Positions 50,483-60,498 of a DNA stretch of 64,000 nucleotides are shown here, piece by piece. The position numbers were made by a program, and so were the translations under genes. Below the pieces are notes generated by a model, which ran no database searches, had not been told where the DNA came from, and worked only from the letters and a program-made list of their open reading frames with translations. Source of the stretch: an uncultured Erysipelotrichaceae bacterium (GTDB lineage: Bacteria; Bacillota_I; Bacilli_A; RF39; UBA660); NCBI GenBank assembly GCA_902775285.1, contig CACYLI010000002.1:8413-72412 (forward strand), written 5' to 3'. Positions within the stretch are counted from its first letter, which is position 1, and each line of letters begins with the position of its first letter.

Positions 50483-50755
50483 TTATTTACTCTCAACTAA
50501 TAATTTAATTGCTGTTTTTTCTTTACCATCAATTATCACATCATAAAAAGCTGGAGTGCAAATTAAATTCATTCCAAGCGGTGCCACAAATCCTCTAGCT
50601 ATAGATATTGCTTTAATAGCTTGATTGACAGCACCTGCTCCTACAGTTTGAATTTCAATTTGTTTACTTCCTTCTCTAAAAGAATTAGCAATACTTCCTG
50701 CTACCTTTTGAGAAATACTTTTACTTGATACTTTTATTATATCCATGTCTTTCAC
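50483..50755 (-). CDS. spoVS: Stage V sporulation protein S
   Basis: IKVSSKS...VAG.IA, GAGAVNQAIKAI.IARGFVAP.G, TAIKL.VE. Confidence 0.95.
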   Translation of the reverse strand: MKDMDIIKVSSKSISQKVAGSIANSFREGSKQIEIQTVGAGAVNQAIKAISIARGFVAPLGMNLICTPAFYDVIIDGKEKTAIKLLVESK

Positions 50756-50790
50756 CTCATTAATTTATATGAAAGTAAAAATAAAAAAGA

Positions 50791-51480
50791 CTATTTTTTA
50801 GTCTTTTTAGTTTTCTTTGTTTGTTTAGTTTTTATTTTCTCTGTTTTAACTTCCTTAATTTTAATTTTTTCATTTTTAATAGTATTTTCATATGAAAGTA
50901 AATCTAATACTTTTTCTTCTACTTTTACATTTTTAGACAATATACTCATTAAAGGTTCTAATAAACTAAGAAGTCCAAATATTATAAAATAATAACCAAG
51001 TATTAAACTACCAACTTCTATTTTAGTATAAAGTGATGATACCACAAATACTCCTAATAATAATAGTAATATTGTTACAGATACTTTTGGAAAGAAATTA
51101 ATATCTTTTTTCTTTAAAAGTTCTTTACATGAATATCCTTTATTAATAACATTTGCTATTGAATAAACTAATACTGCATCAGCTAATATAAATCCTGTAT
51201 CTGGAAAACTCATATATATAAGTATAAATGAACCAATACATATATTAATAAATCCAAATATTAATAATTCGTAATCTCTTTCTTTTCTATTTAAAAAATA
51301 AACTAATAATGAAAAGAAACCAAACATATAAAACAAAGGAGATGCATATTTAATAGGATTTAATAATTCAAAACCAGAAAAGTTTAATAATATAAATCCT
51401 GTCACTATAAATATAGTATATAACATTACATCCAACACAATTAAATTTTTATCAATTTCTTTTATCACAATATCTTTCAC
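50791..51480 (-). CDS. Multi-pass membrane protein with Lys-rich tail
   Basis: About six hydrophobic helices; RBS GGAGG. Confidence 0.7.
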   Translation of the reverse strand: MKDIVIKEIDKNLIVLDVMLYTIFIVTGFILLNFSGFELLNPIKYASPLFYMFGFFSLLVYFLNRKERDYELLIFGFINICIGSFILIYMSFPDTGFILADAVLVYSIANVINKGYSCKELLKKKDINFFPKVSVTILLLLLGVFVVSSLYTKIEVGSLILGYYFIIFGLLSLLEPLMSILSKNVKVEEKVLDLLSYENTIKNEKIKIKEVKTEKIKTKQTKKTKKTKK

Positions 51481-51493
51481 TTCATACCTCCAA

Positions 51494-52639
51494 TTATTCT
51501 TTTTTATCTATGAAACCGAAAAAATCAAATTTTTCGTCAAAGAATACATATATTATTTTTAATACAGCTACAACAGGTGTTGCTATTACCATACCAATTA
51601 TACCAAATAAATATTCAAATATTAATAATGAAATAATTATTGTAATTGGACTTAAATTCATCTTTTTGCTCATTATAAGTGGATTCAATACTTCTCCATC
51701 TATTGTTTGAACAATTATAATGAATACAAGTGTTAAAACTCCTACTAACGGACTTTCTGCAAATCCTATAGCTGCTGCAACTGCAGCACCCATATAAGGA
51801 CCAATATATGGTATTAAATTTGTTATAACACATATAAATGATATTAACACCGGAGCATTTAGTCCTATTATTGAAAAACCTATAACTGATACAATAAATA
51901 ATAATAATGATAACCATAGTGTTCCACTAATAAAACCATATAATGTATCATTTAGTTTATCTAATAAATAAACAACTTCTTCTCTTGTTTTTTTAGGAAA
52001 CAAATTTATAAATCCATTTGAAACTTTATCAAAATCATATAATATATAGAAACCTAATACTAAGCTAATTGCTATTTTACCAACTCCACTAACTAAAGAA
52101 CTTAAAATATTATATGCAGTTTCTGGTAAATTAGTTTGAATGTTACTTCCAAAGTTCTCAATTTTAGATAGGAATGATACTTTTACCGCATCTAAGTTTT
52201 CTAAACTTAAATTAGAAAGTTTAACAAATATATTATCTATCCATCCTTTTATATCACTCGTTATCTTAGGAATAGCTGAAACTATATCACTTACTTGTTC
52301 TCCTAATGAAGGAAGTGTAAATGCTATTATTCCTCCAACTATTAATAAAAGAATTAAATATGCAATAATAACAGCAAGACCTCTTTTAACATTCTTTTCA
52401 ACTAATTTCTTTACTATTGGATTTAATAGCCAAGCTACAAACCAACCAATAAATAATGGAGAAATTACGGCAAAAATTTTACCTAAAAAAGTTAAAACTT
52501 TCCATTCTCTAAATATAAGAGTTAAAACATAGATTAGTAAAATGATAAATAAAATATATAGAATATTTCCTATTTTATTGCCTAAATTTACTAATTGATT
52601 CAGTTTTCTAGTATTTAATTTTCTATTTTCCTCTTTCAT
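51494..52639 (-). CDS. AI-2E family transporter
   Basis: A.LLNP.V, NLIPYIGP, Q.IDG..L.P.IM, G..GM..ATP. Confidence 0.9.
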   Translation of the reverse strand: MKEENRKLNTRKLNQLVNLGNKIGNILYILFIILLIYVLTLIFREWKVLTFLGKIFAVISPLFIGWFVAWLLNPIVKKLVEKNVKRGLAVIIAYLILLLIVGGIIAFTLPSLGEQVSDIVSAIPKITSDIKGWIDNIFVKLSNLSLENLDAVKVSFLSKIENFGSNIQTNLPETAYNILSSLVSGVGKIAISLVLGFYILYDFDKVSNGFINLFPKKTREEVVYLLDKLNDTLYGFISGTLWLSLLLFIVSVIGFSIIGLNAPVLISFICVITNLIPYIGPYMGAAVAAAIGFAESPLVGVLTLVFIIIVQTIDGEVLNPLIMSKKMNLSPITIIISLLIFEYLFGIIGMVIATPVVAVLKIIYVFFDEKFDFFGFIDKKE

Positions 52640-52706
52640 TACTTACTCTCCTTATTTTAATAATATCATAATTTTATGAAAAAAAATAGTTCAATTTAGA
52701 ACTATT

Positions 52707-52829
52707 TTAATCTGTCATTTTTTTTGATACCTTTTTCATATATTTACTTATTTCTTTTTCATACTTTTTATAAAGTAGTCCCATTCCCATACCACCTGCA
52801 AAAGCCATCATTTTTTCTAAAGTTTTAAT
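52707..52829 (-). CDS. Unannotated 40-aa YrzQ/DUF3918-like small protein with probable ATT start
   Basis: Manual translation (I/M)KTLEKMMAFAGGMGMGLLYKKYEKEISKYMKKVSKKMTD; GGAGGAG RBS 5 nt upstream; terminator downstream; between recD2 and an AI-2E gene as yrzQ is in Bacillus. Confidence 0.6.
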   Translation of the reverse strand: MKTLEKMMAFAGGMGMGLLYKKYEKEISKYMKKVSKKMTD

Positions 52830-52852
52830 AATATCTCCTCCTTTATTACTAT

Positions 52853-52881
52853 TATTTTGAGAAAATATTTATTTTTTATAC
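52853..52881 (-). promoter_or_regulatory. sigmaG-like forespore promoter
   Basis: GTATA-17 nt-CAAAATA on minus strand upstream of the small ORF. Confidence 0.5.
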
Positions 52882-55032
52882 ATGTTTTAAATATGTATTT
52901 CTATTATCTGCATATAATGTTTGAATAGAGGTATTAAACGAATCTATAGAGCCAATTATTATTAATGACTCTTTAGCTCTTGTAACACCAGTATATATTA
53001 ATTTATTATAAAACATTCTTTTAAAGCTTTTAGCAAGTACTATTACAACATTATCATATTCACTTCCCTGAGATTTATGAATACTTATTGCATAAGCTAA
53101 AGTAAATTTATCAAATTCTCCACTTTTATACTTAACTTTATGTCCCATAAAAGAAATAGTAATTTCCATTTTCTTATCAACAAATTCTATATCTTTTATA
53201 TATCCAATATCTCCATTAAATACATTATTTTCAACATCATTTACAAGTTGTATTACTTTATCTCCTATTTTATAATACTTATCTCCTATTTGAAACTTTT
53301 CTTCATTTGGATTTAATAAATCTGACATTAATTTATTAATATTATCTATTCCATTTACTCCTTTATACATTGGTGCTAATACTTGAAAATTATCTATACT
53401 AATATTCTTTTCTTTTACTTTAGATACTATTTCATTTAAATAAATCATTATATTTTCATCACTACTATTTATAAATCTAAAATCATCATATTTATCATCA
53501 AAAGAAATAAATTCTTTTTTATTTTTTATATCATTAGCTAAATAAGTAATATAACTACCTTCTTTTACTCTATATATTATATTTAAACTTTTACTCTTAA
53601 TGTTAGCTAGATTTAACAAATCATGAAGTAAATCTCCAGGACCTATCGAAGGCAATTGATTTTCATCTCCAATTAATAATAATTTTACATTAAGTCTAAG
53701 TCCTTTAAGTAAACTTGAAAATAAAAATACATCTATCATACTTGCTTCATCTACTATAATAACTTTTTCATTTGCTCTATTATATTCATCTATGCCAAAA
53801 GTTTCAGTTTCTTTATTCCATTTTAAAAACTTATGAATTGTATATGCTGGAGCTCCTACACTTTCACTCATTCTTTTAGCACTTTTACCAGTCGGAGCAA
53901 GAAGAGCTATATCATTTTTATTTAAATGTCTAATATTTTCTAATATTTCAACAATTGCTTTAATAATAGTAGTTTTACCAGTACCAGGTCCTCCAGTAAT
54001 AATATAAAAATTGTTTTTTAAAGACCCTTTAATCGCATCTTTTTGATCTTTATTAAACTTAATCTTGTTCCTTTTTTCAAAAGATAAAATATATTCATCT
54101 ATTTTCTTTGTATCAATGACTTCTTTTACATTATTAATTCTATTTATTTCTTTTAATATATTTACTTCAGAATCATAGAAATCAAATAAAGTTACCATAT
54201 CATCCACTTCTACAATTTCATTTTCATCTAACAATTCATTTAAATGAGATAAAAATTTATCTGTATTAAATACACCATTAAAATACTTTTTCATCTTAAT
54301 GAATAATTCTTCTTTATATATTAAAGTATCTCCACTTTCAAAACATAAATTTTTTATACAATGTTTAATTAATGCTTTTATCCTATTAGAATTAAATTCA
54401 TCATTATTTTTTAAAAATATTAAATCAAGCTTATCAAAAGAAACATAATCTATAAGTTCATAGATATTATCTTCTATAATATTTATAAGTTCAAAACCAT
54501 ATATGCTTGTTAAATCTATTGCTTCTTTAGTAGTAAAACCATATGAATTTAACTTAATAATTAAATCTTGATTCATCTCATTATCAACAATTTTTTCATG
54601 AATCATTCTAGCTTTTTTTATATTCATACCACTAACATCAGCAAGTAATTCATAATTATTTTTTATTACATCTACAGTTTCACTTCCAAATTTTTCAACA
54701 ATCTTTTTTGCTGTTTTATTTCCAATACCTTTAAAAATACCACTACTTAAATACATTATCAAACTATCATTATCACTAGGAATACATATTTCATAAGATT
54801 CGGAATTAAATTGTATACCATACTTAGGATGATTATACATATTTCCATATAATTTATAATCTACATCTTCATTTATTTCATTAAAATTACCAGTAAAACC
54901 AATTATTTTATTAATATATATTTCTGCTTCTTCATCATTAGTTTCTTTAACTTTAAAAAGTCCAACTTTATATGGACCACTATTACTTTCAAAAATTATT
55001 TTTTTAATACTTCCTAAAATATAATTTCTCAT
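52876..55032 (-). CDS. recD2: ATP-dependent RecD-like DNA helicase
   Basis: HPKYG.QF, GIG.KTA, ITGGPGTGKTT, APTGK.A.R, DEASM, LAYA.SIHKSQGSE, YT..TRAK. Confidence 0.95.
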   Translation of the reverse strand: MRNYILGSIKKIIFESNSGPYKVGLFKVKETNDEEAEIYINKIIGFTGNFNEINEDVDYKLYGNMYNHPKYGIQFNSESYEICIPSDNDSLIMYLSSGIFKGIGNKTAKKIVEKFGSETVDVIKNNYELLADVSGMNIKKARMIHEKIVDNEMNQDLIIKLNSYGFTTKEAIDLTSIYGFELINIIEDNIYELIDYVSFDKLDLIFLKNNDEFNSNRIKALIKHCIKNLCFESGDTLIYKEELFIKMKKYFNGVFNTDKFLSHLNELLDENEIVEVDDMVTLFDFYDSEVNILKEINRINNVKEVIDTKKIDEYILSFEKRNKIKFNKDQKDAIKGSLKNNFYIITGGPGTGKTTIIKAIVEILENIRHLNKNDIALLAPTGKSAKRMSESVGAPAYTIHKFLKWNKETETFGIDEYNRANEKVIIVDEASMIDVFLFSSLLKGLRLNVKLLLIGDENQLPSIGPGDLLHDLLNLANIKSKSLNIIYRVKEGSYITYLANDIKNKKEFISFDDKYDDFRFINSSDENIMIYLNEIVSKVKEKNISIDNFQVLAPMYKGVNGIDNINKLMSDLLNPNEEKFQIGDKYYKIGDKVIQLVNDVENNVFNGDIGYIKDIEFVDKKMEITISFMGHKVKYKSGEFDKFTLAYAISIHKSQGSEYDNVVIVLAKSFKRMFYNKLIYTGVTRAKESLIIIGSIDSFNTSIQTLYADNRNTYLKHV

Positions 55033-55081
55033 ACAATCTATATTAACATAAATAAAAAGAAATTAGTATAACTAACTTCTA

Positions 55082-55510
55082 TTATAATTTTTTAGAATCA
55101 TTTAATAACAAATCATAATATGATGGGTTTTTATCTCTATAAGAATTAACTACATTCTTAATAAAGCAATTAATAGTTCTATTATTACCATCATCAAATA
55201 TTTGCATATTTATTAGTTCTGTAATCATATTATTTATATATTCTATATCTTCATATTCATATTCAATTAAAGAAACTAATTCCTTTATCTTCTTATCTAA
55301 TAATTCACTATCATCCTTAAATCTATCAGATATATTATCATTATCATACAAATCTCCAAATAAAAAATTATGTAATTTTATCAAATATGATAAATTAAAC
55401 TCACTTTCATTAAAAGTAACTCTATAATCAATTAGTGATGATTTAAAGTTAAATAATTGTTCTTCAAATACTTCTAAATCTTGTTCATTTAAACCAAGTT
55501 TATTATTCAT
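55082..55510 (-). CDS. Small Fic/Doc-like protein with degenerate motif
   Basis: LH.FLFGDLY and QIFDDGNNRT versus canonical HPFxxGNGR. Confidence 0.65.
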   Translation of the reverse strand: MNNKLGLNEQDLEVFEEQLFNFKSSLIDYRVTFNESEFNLSYLIKLHNFLFGDLYDNDNISDRFKDDSELLDKKIKELVSLIEYEYEDIEYINNMITELINMQIFDDGNNRTINCFIKNVVNSYRDKNPSYYDLLLNDSKKL

Positions 55511-55547
55511 ATATTTTCTCCTAATTAGATTATTATTTTCTATATTA

Positions 55548-55624
55548 TGGCGTCCCCGATTGGAATCGAACCAACGACCTGTCGCTTAGGAGGCGACCGC
55601 TCTATCCTACTGAGCTACGAGGAC
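55548..55624 (-). tRNA. tRNA-Arg(CCT)
   Basis: Cloverleaf GTCCTCG...GTCGC-CT CCT AA-GCGAC...GTTCGATTC...CGGGGAC G CCA; A20 and G73 Arg identity elements present. Confidence 0.96.
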
Positions 55625-55632
55625 ATTTGTTA

Positions 55633-56133
55633 TTAGCCAATCATTCTAATAAAAATAATTGAACTAATATATACAGAAGCTTTAAATTGATATTTAAAAA
55701 ATTCATAAAAACTTACTATCTTATCTGAAAAACAAACAACCTTAGATTCTTTATAATTTGGTTTGCCTTTTACTACTGGATACATATGTGTAAGTATAAT
55801 ATCTTTTTCTATTTCATTTAAATCAAAATATTTTTCTGAATTATCTAAGGCTATCTTAGGATGAATACTCAAAAAATCTTTATATTTTACTCCTTCTCTT
55901 TTTAAATCATCTGATGTGAAAAAATCATGCATCATAGCTCCTCTAGTACAAGATACATAATCTAATTTCATAAATTTTGATAAGTAAAAACTCATCTTAG
56001 CCACTCTGTTAATATGATCTAATCTATTACTACCATGATGTACCATTGCCTTTAATTCTCTATATTTGTTTACATCATAAAACTCACTATATATATCATA
56101 ATAAATCTTCTTATTTTTCATAACTAAATCCAT
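55633..56133 (-). CDS. HD-domain phosphohydrolase
   Basis: HHG.NR..H..RVA, HDFF, HP..AL.N, EKDII..HM.P, DK. Confidence 0.85.
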   Translation of the reverse strand: MDLVMKNKKIYYDIYSEFYDVNKYRELKAMVHHGSNRLDHINRVAKMSFYLSKFMKLDYVSCTRGAMMHDFFTSDDLKREGVKYKDFLSIHPKIALDNSEKYFDLNEIEKDIILTHMYPVVKGKPNYKESKVVCFSDKIVSFYEFFKYQFKASVYISSIIFIRMIG

Positions 56134-56495
56134 CTAGGAATATATATATTTCTAGTAAATCCTTCCATATATTTGTTGTATTCTTTTATAATCTCCCCTG
56201 CGATAAATGCTATTACATTTGTTTCTTTTTTAGAAACTTTTAAAGATGATAAAAAATTATTTAATATAGTTTTAAAATCTCTATCATCAAAATATCTTGC
56301 AACAGCAGTATTTAAATCTACTGCTTTTTTTAGTTCATTTTTATTTCTACTATTAATTGAAAATATAAATGATTGATAAACTTTAATAACTTTATCACTC
56401 ATATAATCTAATTCACTAAATTCTTCATTTATAATTCTATAATAGTCTTTACAATACTTTATAACAATTTTATTTTCTAAAAATCTGTTTTCCAT
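56124..56495 (-). CDS. Hypothetical protein
   Basis: 123-aa ORF tightly coupled between rseP and the HD gene. Confidence 0.65.
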   Translation of the reverse strand: MENRFLENKIVIKYCKDYYRIINEEFSELDYMSDKVIKVYQSFIFSINSRNKNELKKAVDLNTAVARYFDDRDFKTILNNFLSSLKVSKKETNVIAFIAGEIIKEYNKYMEGFTRNIYIPRWI

Positions 56496-56497
56496 TT

Positions 56498-57556
56498 TTA
56501 CCCCGTAATCAATCTAACAATATCATTAAATGTTACTACTATCATTAATAATATCATTAATCCAAAACCAATGAAATTCAATGCTGTTTCTAATTTTTCT
56601 CCAGTTTTACGTTTAATAATTTTCTCTATTATTAAAATAAATATACGTCCTCCATCAAAAACAGGAATAGGTATTAAATTAACAATTCCAACATTTATAC
56701 TTAAATATGCTGTTAAATATAATAATGTTTGTAAACCTTGTGTTTTAACTGTATCTACTACAGAATATATACCAACTGGCCCACTTAAATTCTTAACAGA
56801 AACTTCACCTTTAAATAAAGATACTAGTATTCTAATTATTGTTTTAGAATTTTCATATGTTCCGCTAAATGCATAACTAATAGCATTTTTAAATCCTTTT
56901 TTATATTTAACTCCATCAAAAACTATTCCAAATACTCTTGTTTCTTCATTATTTTCTTTTTTTATTTCTGGAGACAATACATATGAAACAATTCTTTTAT
57001 CTGGCTTTATTACTTCAAATGTATAACTATCTTTTAATTTTTTAGCAGATGCTTCTAAAACAAAATCATCAAGTGTTTCAATACTTTTGCCATTTACCTT
57101 AATTATTTTGTCTCCTGCTTCTATTCCAGCATTAAATGCAGCTCCATTTTCAACCACTTGGATAATAGTAGCATCACTATATGGTTTACCATAGAATAAA
57201 CCACTAATAAAGAATAATACAATTGCTAAAATAAAGTTAAAAACAATTCCATTTATTAAAACCCATAATACACTAAAGAATCCTTTATTTTCAAGAACTC
57301 TATCTTTTTTTATTTTAGATTTTTTATCCTCTTTTTCGGCCATTGAAACATAACCACCAATAGGTAATAATCTTAACGAATAAGTTGTTTCACTATTTTT
57401 AGGTTTATGTTTAAAAATTAGTGGCCCCATACCTAATGAAAATTCATCAACATATACTCCACTCTTTTTAGCAGCTATAAAATGACCAAATTCATGTATT
57501 GAAATTATAATGCCAAGCATTATAAAAAGTATAAGTATCGTTACAATAAAGTTCAT
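56498..57556 (-). CDS. rseP: RIP metalloprotease RseP/RasP
   Basis: HEFGH, LPIGGYV, PDZ domain, NLIPIPVFDGG. Confidence 0.95.
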   Translation of the reverse strand: MNFIVTILILFIMLGIIISIHEFGHFIAAKKSGVYVDEFSLGMGPLIFKHKPKNSETTYSLRLLPIGGYVSMAEKEDKKSKIKKDRVLENKGFFSVLWVLINGIVFNFILAIVLFFISGLFYGKPYSDATIIQVVENGAAFNAGIEAGDKIIKVNGKSIETLDDFVLEASAKKLKDSYTFEVIKPDKRIVSYVLSPEIKKENNEETRVFGIVFDGVKYKKGFKNAISYAFSGTYENSKTIIRILVSLFKGEVSVKNLSGPVGIYSVVDTVKTQGLQTLLYLTAYLSINVGIVNLIPIPVFDGGRIFILIIEKIIKRKTGEKLETALNFIGFGLMILLMIVVTFNDIVRLITG

Positions 57557-57565
57557 ATTAACCTC

Positions 57566-58360
57566 CTAGAAAAATGATACTAGATATGAAAATGCAAGTA
57601 TTGCAAATATTATACTATCAAGTCTATCTAAAACTCCTCCATGACCAGGCATAATATTACCATAGTCTTTAACATTATACCTTCTTTTTATTGATGAAAA
57701 TACTAAATCACCAAATTCTGATACTAAAGATAATGCAAGTGAAATAATAATTATTACTAATATATTTGTACTACTACTTACAAAAGTTGAAAAAAACATT
57801 GAGCCAATAAATGTTCCAAAAACTACTCCACCAATCATTCCTTCAACTGTTTTATTTGGAGATATGTTTGGACATAATTTATTTCTTCCTATTTGAGATC
57901 CTACAAATAAAGCCATAGTATCAGATGTTATTGTTATTAATAAAACATAAACTAGATATAAAACATTAATATTTCTAATAGTTATTAAAAATTTAAATGA
58001 TAAACCTAAAAATAGAGTAATAGCTAATAATACAAGACTATCTTCAGCATCATAATCTTTTTTATTAAAAATAATTAATGGTAATAAGCATACAAATATA
58101 TCCATAAGTATTAATCTATAATCTATATTAAAATCTTTACCACTTAAAATACCTGATAAAACTATTATTAAAAAACTTAATAATGCAAACATTTTCATAT
58201 ATTTATTAATTTTCTTTTCTTTTTCACGTACTTTTATTATCTCATAAAAACCTATTACACTAATTATTGTAACACCCAAATAATATGGATAACCTCCAAG
58301 TATTATTAATGGCACAATTATTAAAATTGCAATTAATGCACTTATTATTCTTTGTTTCAT
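57566..58360 (-). CDS. cdsA: Phosphatidate cytidylyltransferase
   Basis: [17 protein letters not shown]...[19 protein letters not shown]. Confidence 0.96.
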   Translation of the reverse strand: MKQRIISALIAILIIVPLIILGGYPYYLGVTIISVIGFYEIIKVREKEKKINKYMKMFALLSFLIIVLSGILSGKDFNIDYRLILMDIFVCLLPLIIFNKKDYDAEDSLVLLAITLFLGLSFKFLITIRNINVLYLVYVLLITITSDTMALFVGSQIGRNKLCPNISPNKTVEGMIGGVVFGTFIGSMFFSTFVSSSTNILVIIIISLALSLVSEFGDLVFSSIKRRYNVKDYGNIMPGHGGVLDRLDSIIFAILAFSYLVSFF

Positions 58361-58436
58361 ATAATTCACCTTTAACAATTATATCACTTAACATTTTTTT
58401 AGACAAGAAAAAGAGTACTTTACATAAGCGCTCTCA

Positions 58437-59123
58437 TTATTCTTTGCATAAATTTTCTATTTTATCTTCGTATACTAATGTAGATGTTTCATATAATGAA
58501 CACCATTTAGTATCCATTTTTATTTTTTCAAACTTTTTACATTCATTATCATATTCACTTAAATAATAAAAATCATTATCTTTTTTTAAGCAATACTCTT
58601 TATCTTCATTATATACCCATTTATAATTATCATCTTCTAGAATAAATTCTGGTAATATTACTAGTTTATATCCATCACTACTCTTTTTATTTATATCTTT
58701 ATACTTTTTTAATCCATAATTATATGCAACATGTACAGCATCACTTACCTGATTATCATCTTTCATGTTTTCTATCATTTCACTAGTATACACTCCATCA
58801 TTAGTAAGCAATTGTAAATCTCTTTTCGAAATCTTTACACCTAAGTCATTTGTATAAAAACCATCAACATATGAATAACTTTTAGGACATATAGCATCTT
58901 TATCACTATAACTTCCTATAAAATATGTTTTATTAGATTTACAATACCATACTTTATAAAATAATGATTTATAAACAACTGTATTTTCATCTAAATTCTC
59001 TTTAATAGAAATTTTAGGTGCTACATTATTAGTCTTAGTATAAAAATAATCTAAATATGTAAGACAACCAATTATGATTGCTACTGATAATATATATAAT
59101 AAAAATTTAATTACTTTTCTCAT
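58437..59123 (-). CDS. Hypothetical membrane-anchored, Cys-containing extracellular protein
   Basis: N-terminal TM helix, several Cys residues, RBS AGAGG. Confidence 0.65.
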   Translation of the reverse strand: MRKVIKFLLYILSVAIIIGCLTYLDYFYTKTNNVAPKISIKENLDENTVVYKSLFYKVWYCKSNKTYFIGSYSDKDAICPKSYSYVDGFYTNDLGVKISKRDLQLLTNDGVYTSEMIENMKDDNQVSDAVHVAYNYGLKKYKDINKKSSDGYKLVILPEFILEDDNYKWVYNEDKEYCLKKDNDFYYLSEYDNECKKFEKIKMDTKWCSLYETSTLVYEDKIENLCKE

Positions 59124-59230
59124 TTTAACCTCTTTATAAATTAATTATATTCTTTATCACATTAAAAGTAAACAATTTTAATATTTGAAATATATAGTTT
59201 TTGTTTTATAATATTAGCTGGGTGAAAAAA

Positions 59231-59848
59231 ATGAAAAAAATAATTTTAGTATTAATATTAATAATTACTTGTATTAAAGTTAATGCATATGAAAACAAAT
59301 ATTTTAATATATCAATTCCAGATAATTATAAGTTAACAGAAAATGAAGAATACATTTATAAATGGGAAAAAGATAAAAAATATATTGCAATAACTATAAA
59401 TAGTAATCTAAATTTAAAATACAATATAGAAACGTTTGATGAAGAAGAACTAAATAAACAAAAAGAATATTTAGAAAATGGAATTAATGAAGTACTTAAA
59501 AAATATAATTTAAAAGCAGAAGTTTCTAATATAAATAAATTAAGCAAAGAAAATACTTATTATTTAGAATATGATATTTATTATCCTAGTAAAGAATTAA
59601 CTGGGTACGATATGTATCAAAAAGGAAGAATGTATACTACAAAAAACTATATTACTACTATTATTTATAGTAGCGAAGAAAAAATAGATGAAGACAAGAA
59701 TTGTAAAGAAGTATTTGATAGTTTTAAAATACTTGATACTAATCTAATTATTAAAAATAATTTAAAAATATATATATATATTATTTTAATAGTAGGAAGT
59801 ATTCTTGGTGTGATTGGTGGTATTGTTTCATATAAAAAGCGTAAATAA
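59231..59848 (+). CDS. Hypothetical exported protein with signal peptide and C-terminal TM anchor
   Basis: MKKIILVLILIITCIKVNA signal; C-terminal hydrophobic helix plus KKRK; only convincing plus-strand gene. Confidence 0.7.
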   Translation: MKKIILVLILIITCIKVNAYENKYFNISIPDNYKLTENEEYIYKWEKDKKYIAITINSNLNLKYNIETFDEEELNKQKEYLENGINEVLKKYNLKAEVSNINKLSKENTYYLEYDIYYPSKELTGYDMYQKGRMYTTKNYITTIIYSSEEKIDEDKNCKEVFDSFKILDTNLIIKNNLKIYIYIILIVGSILGVIGGIVSYKKRK

Positions 59849-59860
59849 AATTACGCTTTT
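59835..59860. terminator. Bidirectional terminator between convergent genes
   Basis: AAAAGCGTAA...TTACGCTTTT hairpin. Confidence 0.75.
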
Positions 59861-60498
59861 TATATTGCTATATTATCTTTAATTTGCTTTAAAATTAATT
59901 TTTCTTCTCTAGATACTTTTGATTGTGACAAACCCATAATTTGTGCTGTTTCCATTTGTGAATATCCTTTATAATATCTATAATCTATAATTGACTTACT
60001 AACTTCATCTAATGCATCTATTTCATTTTTAATCATTATTTTCATATCAACATCTTCATTAGAATTTAAGCAATCAAATATTCTTTCATCTTCATTTATA
60101 CTTTTTATAACTCCAATACTTTCAATTATTCTTAATAAATACTTTGAATCAATTTCCATATATGAACAAATATCATCAAATGATGGCTCTTTCTCATATT
60201 TTTTATATAATAGTTCTCTTATTTTTAAGTATTTTTTATATAGATCATATGCTTCTTCACTTATAACAATATTTTTATCTTTTCTTATAAAATCAATTAT
60301 TTCACCTAATATATATTTATATGCATATGTAGAAAATTTAGTGTCATGAGATTCATTAAATTTTTTATCAGCTTTTATTAATCCCATACACCCTGCTTGA
60401 TATAAATCATCTACATCATAATAACTGCTATATTTGCTTGCTATTTTATATATTAGTTTTTCATTTTCTAATAATCTTTCATTAATATACACACTCAT
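59860..60498 (-). CDS. sigF: Divergent sporulation sigma factor, SigF-like
   Basis: DDLYQ.GC.GL.K...F......FSTYA...I.GEI..FIR.D; RYY....Q.E.A...G.SQ..VSR.EK.ILKQIK; coupled to spoIIAA via ATGA overlap. Confidence 0.75.
   Translation of the reverse strand: MSVYINERLLENEKLIYKIASKYSSYYDVDDLYQAGCMGLIKADKKFNESHDTKFSTYAYKYILGEIIDFIRKDKNIVISEEAYDLYKKYLKIRELLYKKYEKEPSFDDICSYMEIDSKYLLRIIESIGVIKSINEDERIFDCLNSNEDVDMKIMIKNEIDALDEVSKSIIDYRYYKGYSQMETAQIMGLSQSKVSREEKLILKQIKDNIAI

Noticed and set aside
55548-55624. Possible AGG codon reassignment via tRNA(CCT), as reported for some uncultured Bacilli
   Set aside because: The tRNA keeps the Arg identity elements A20 and G73, and nothing in the proteins suggests reassignment.
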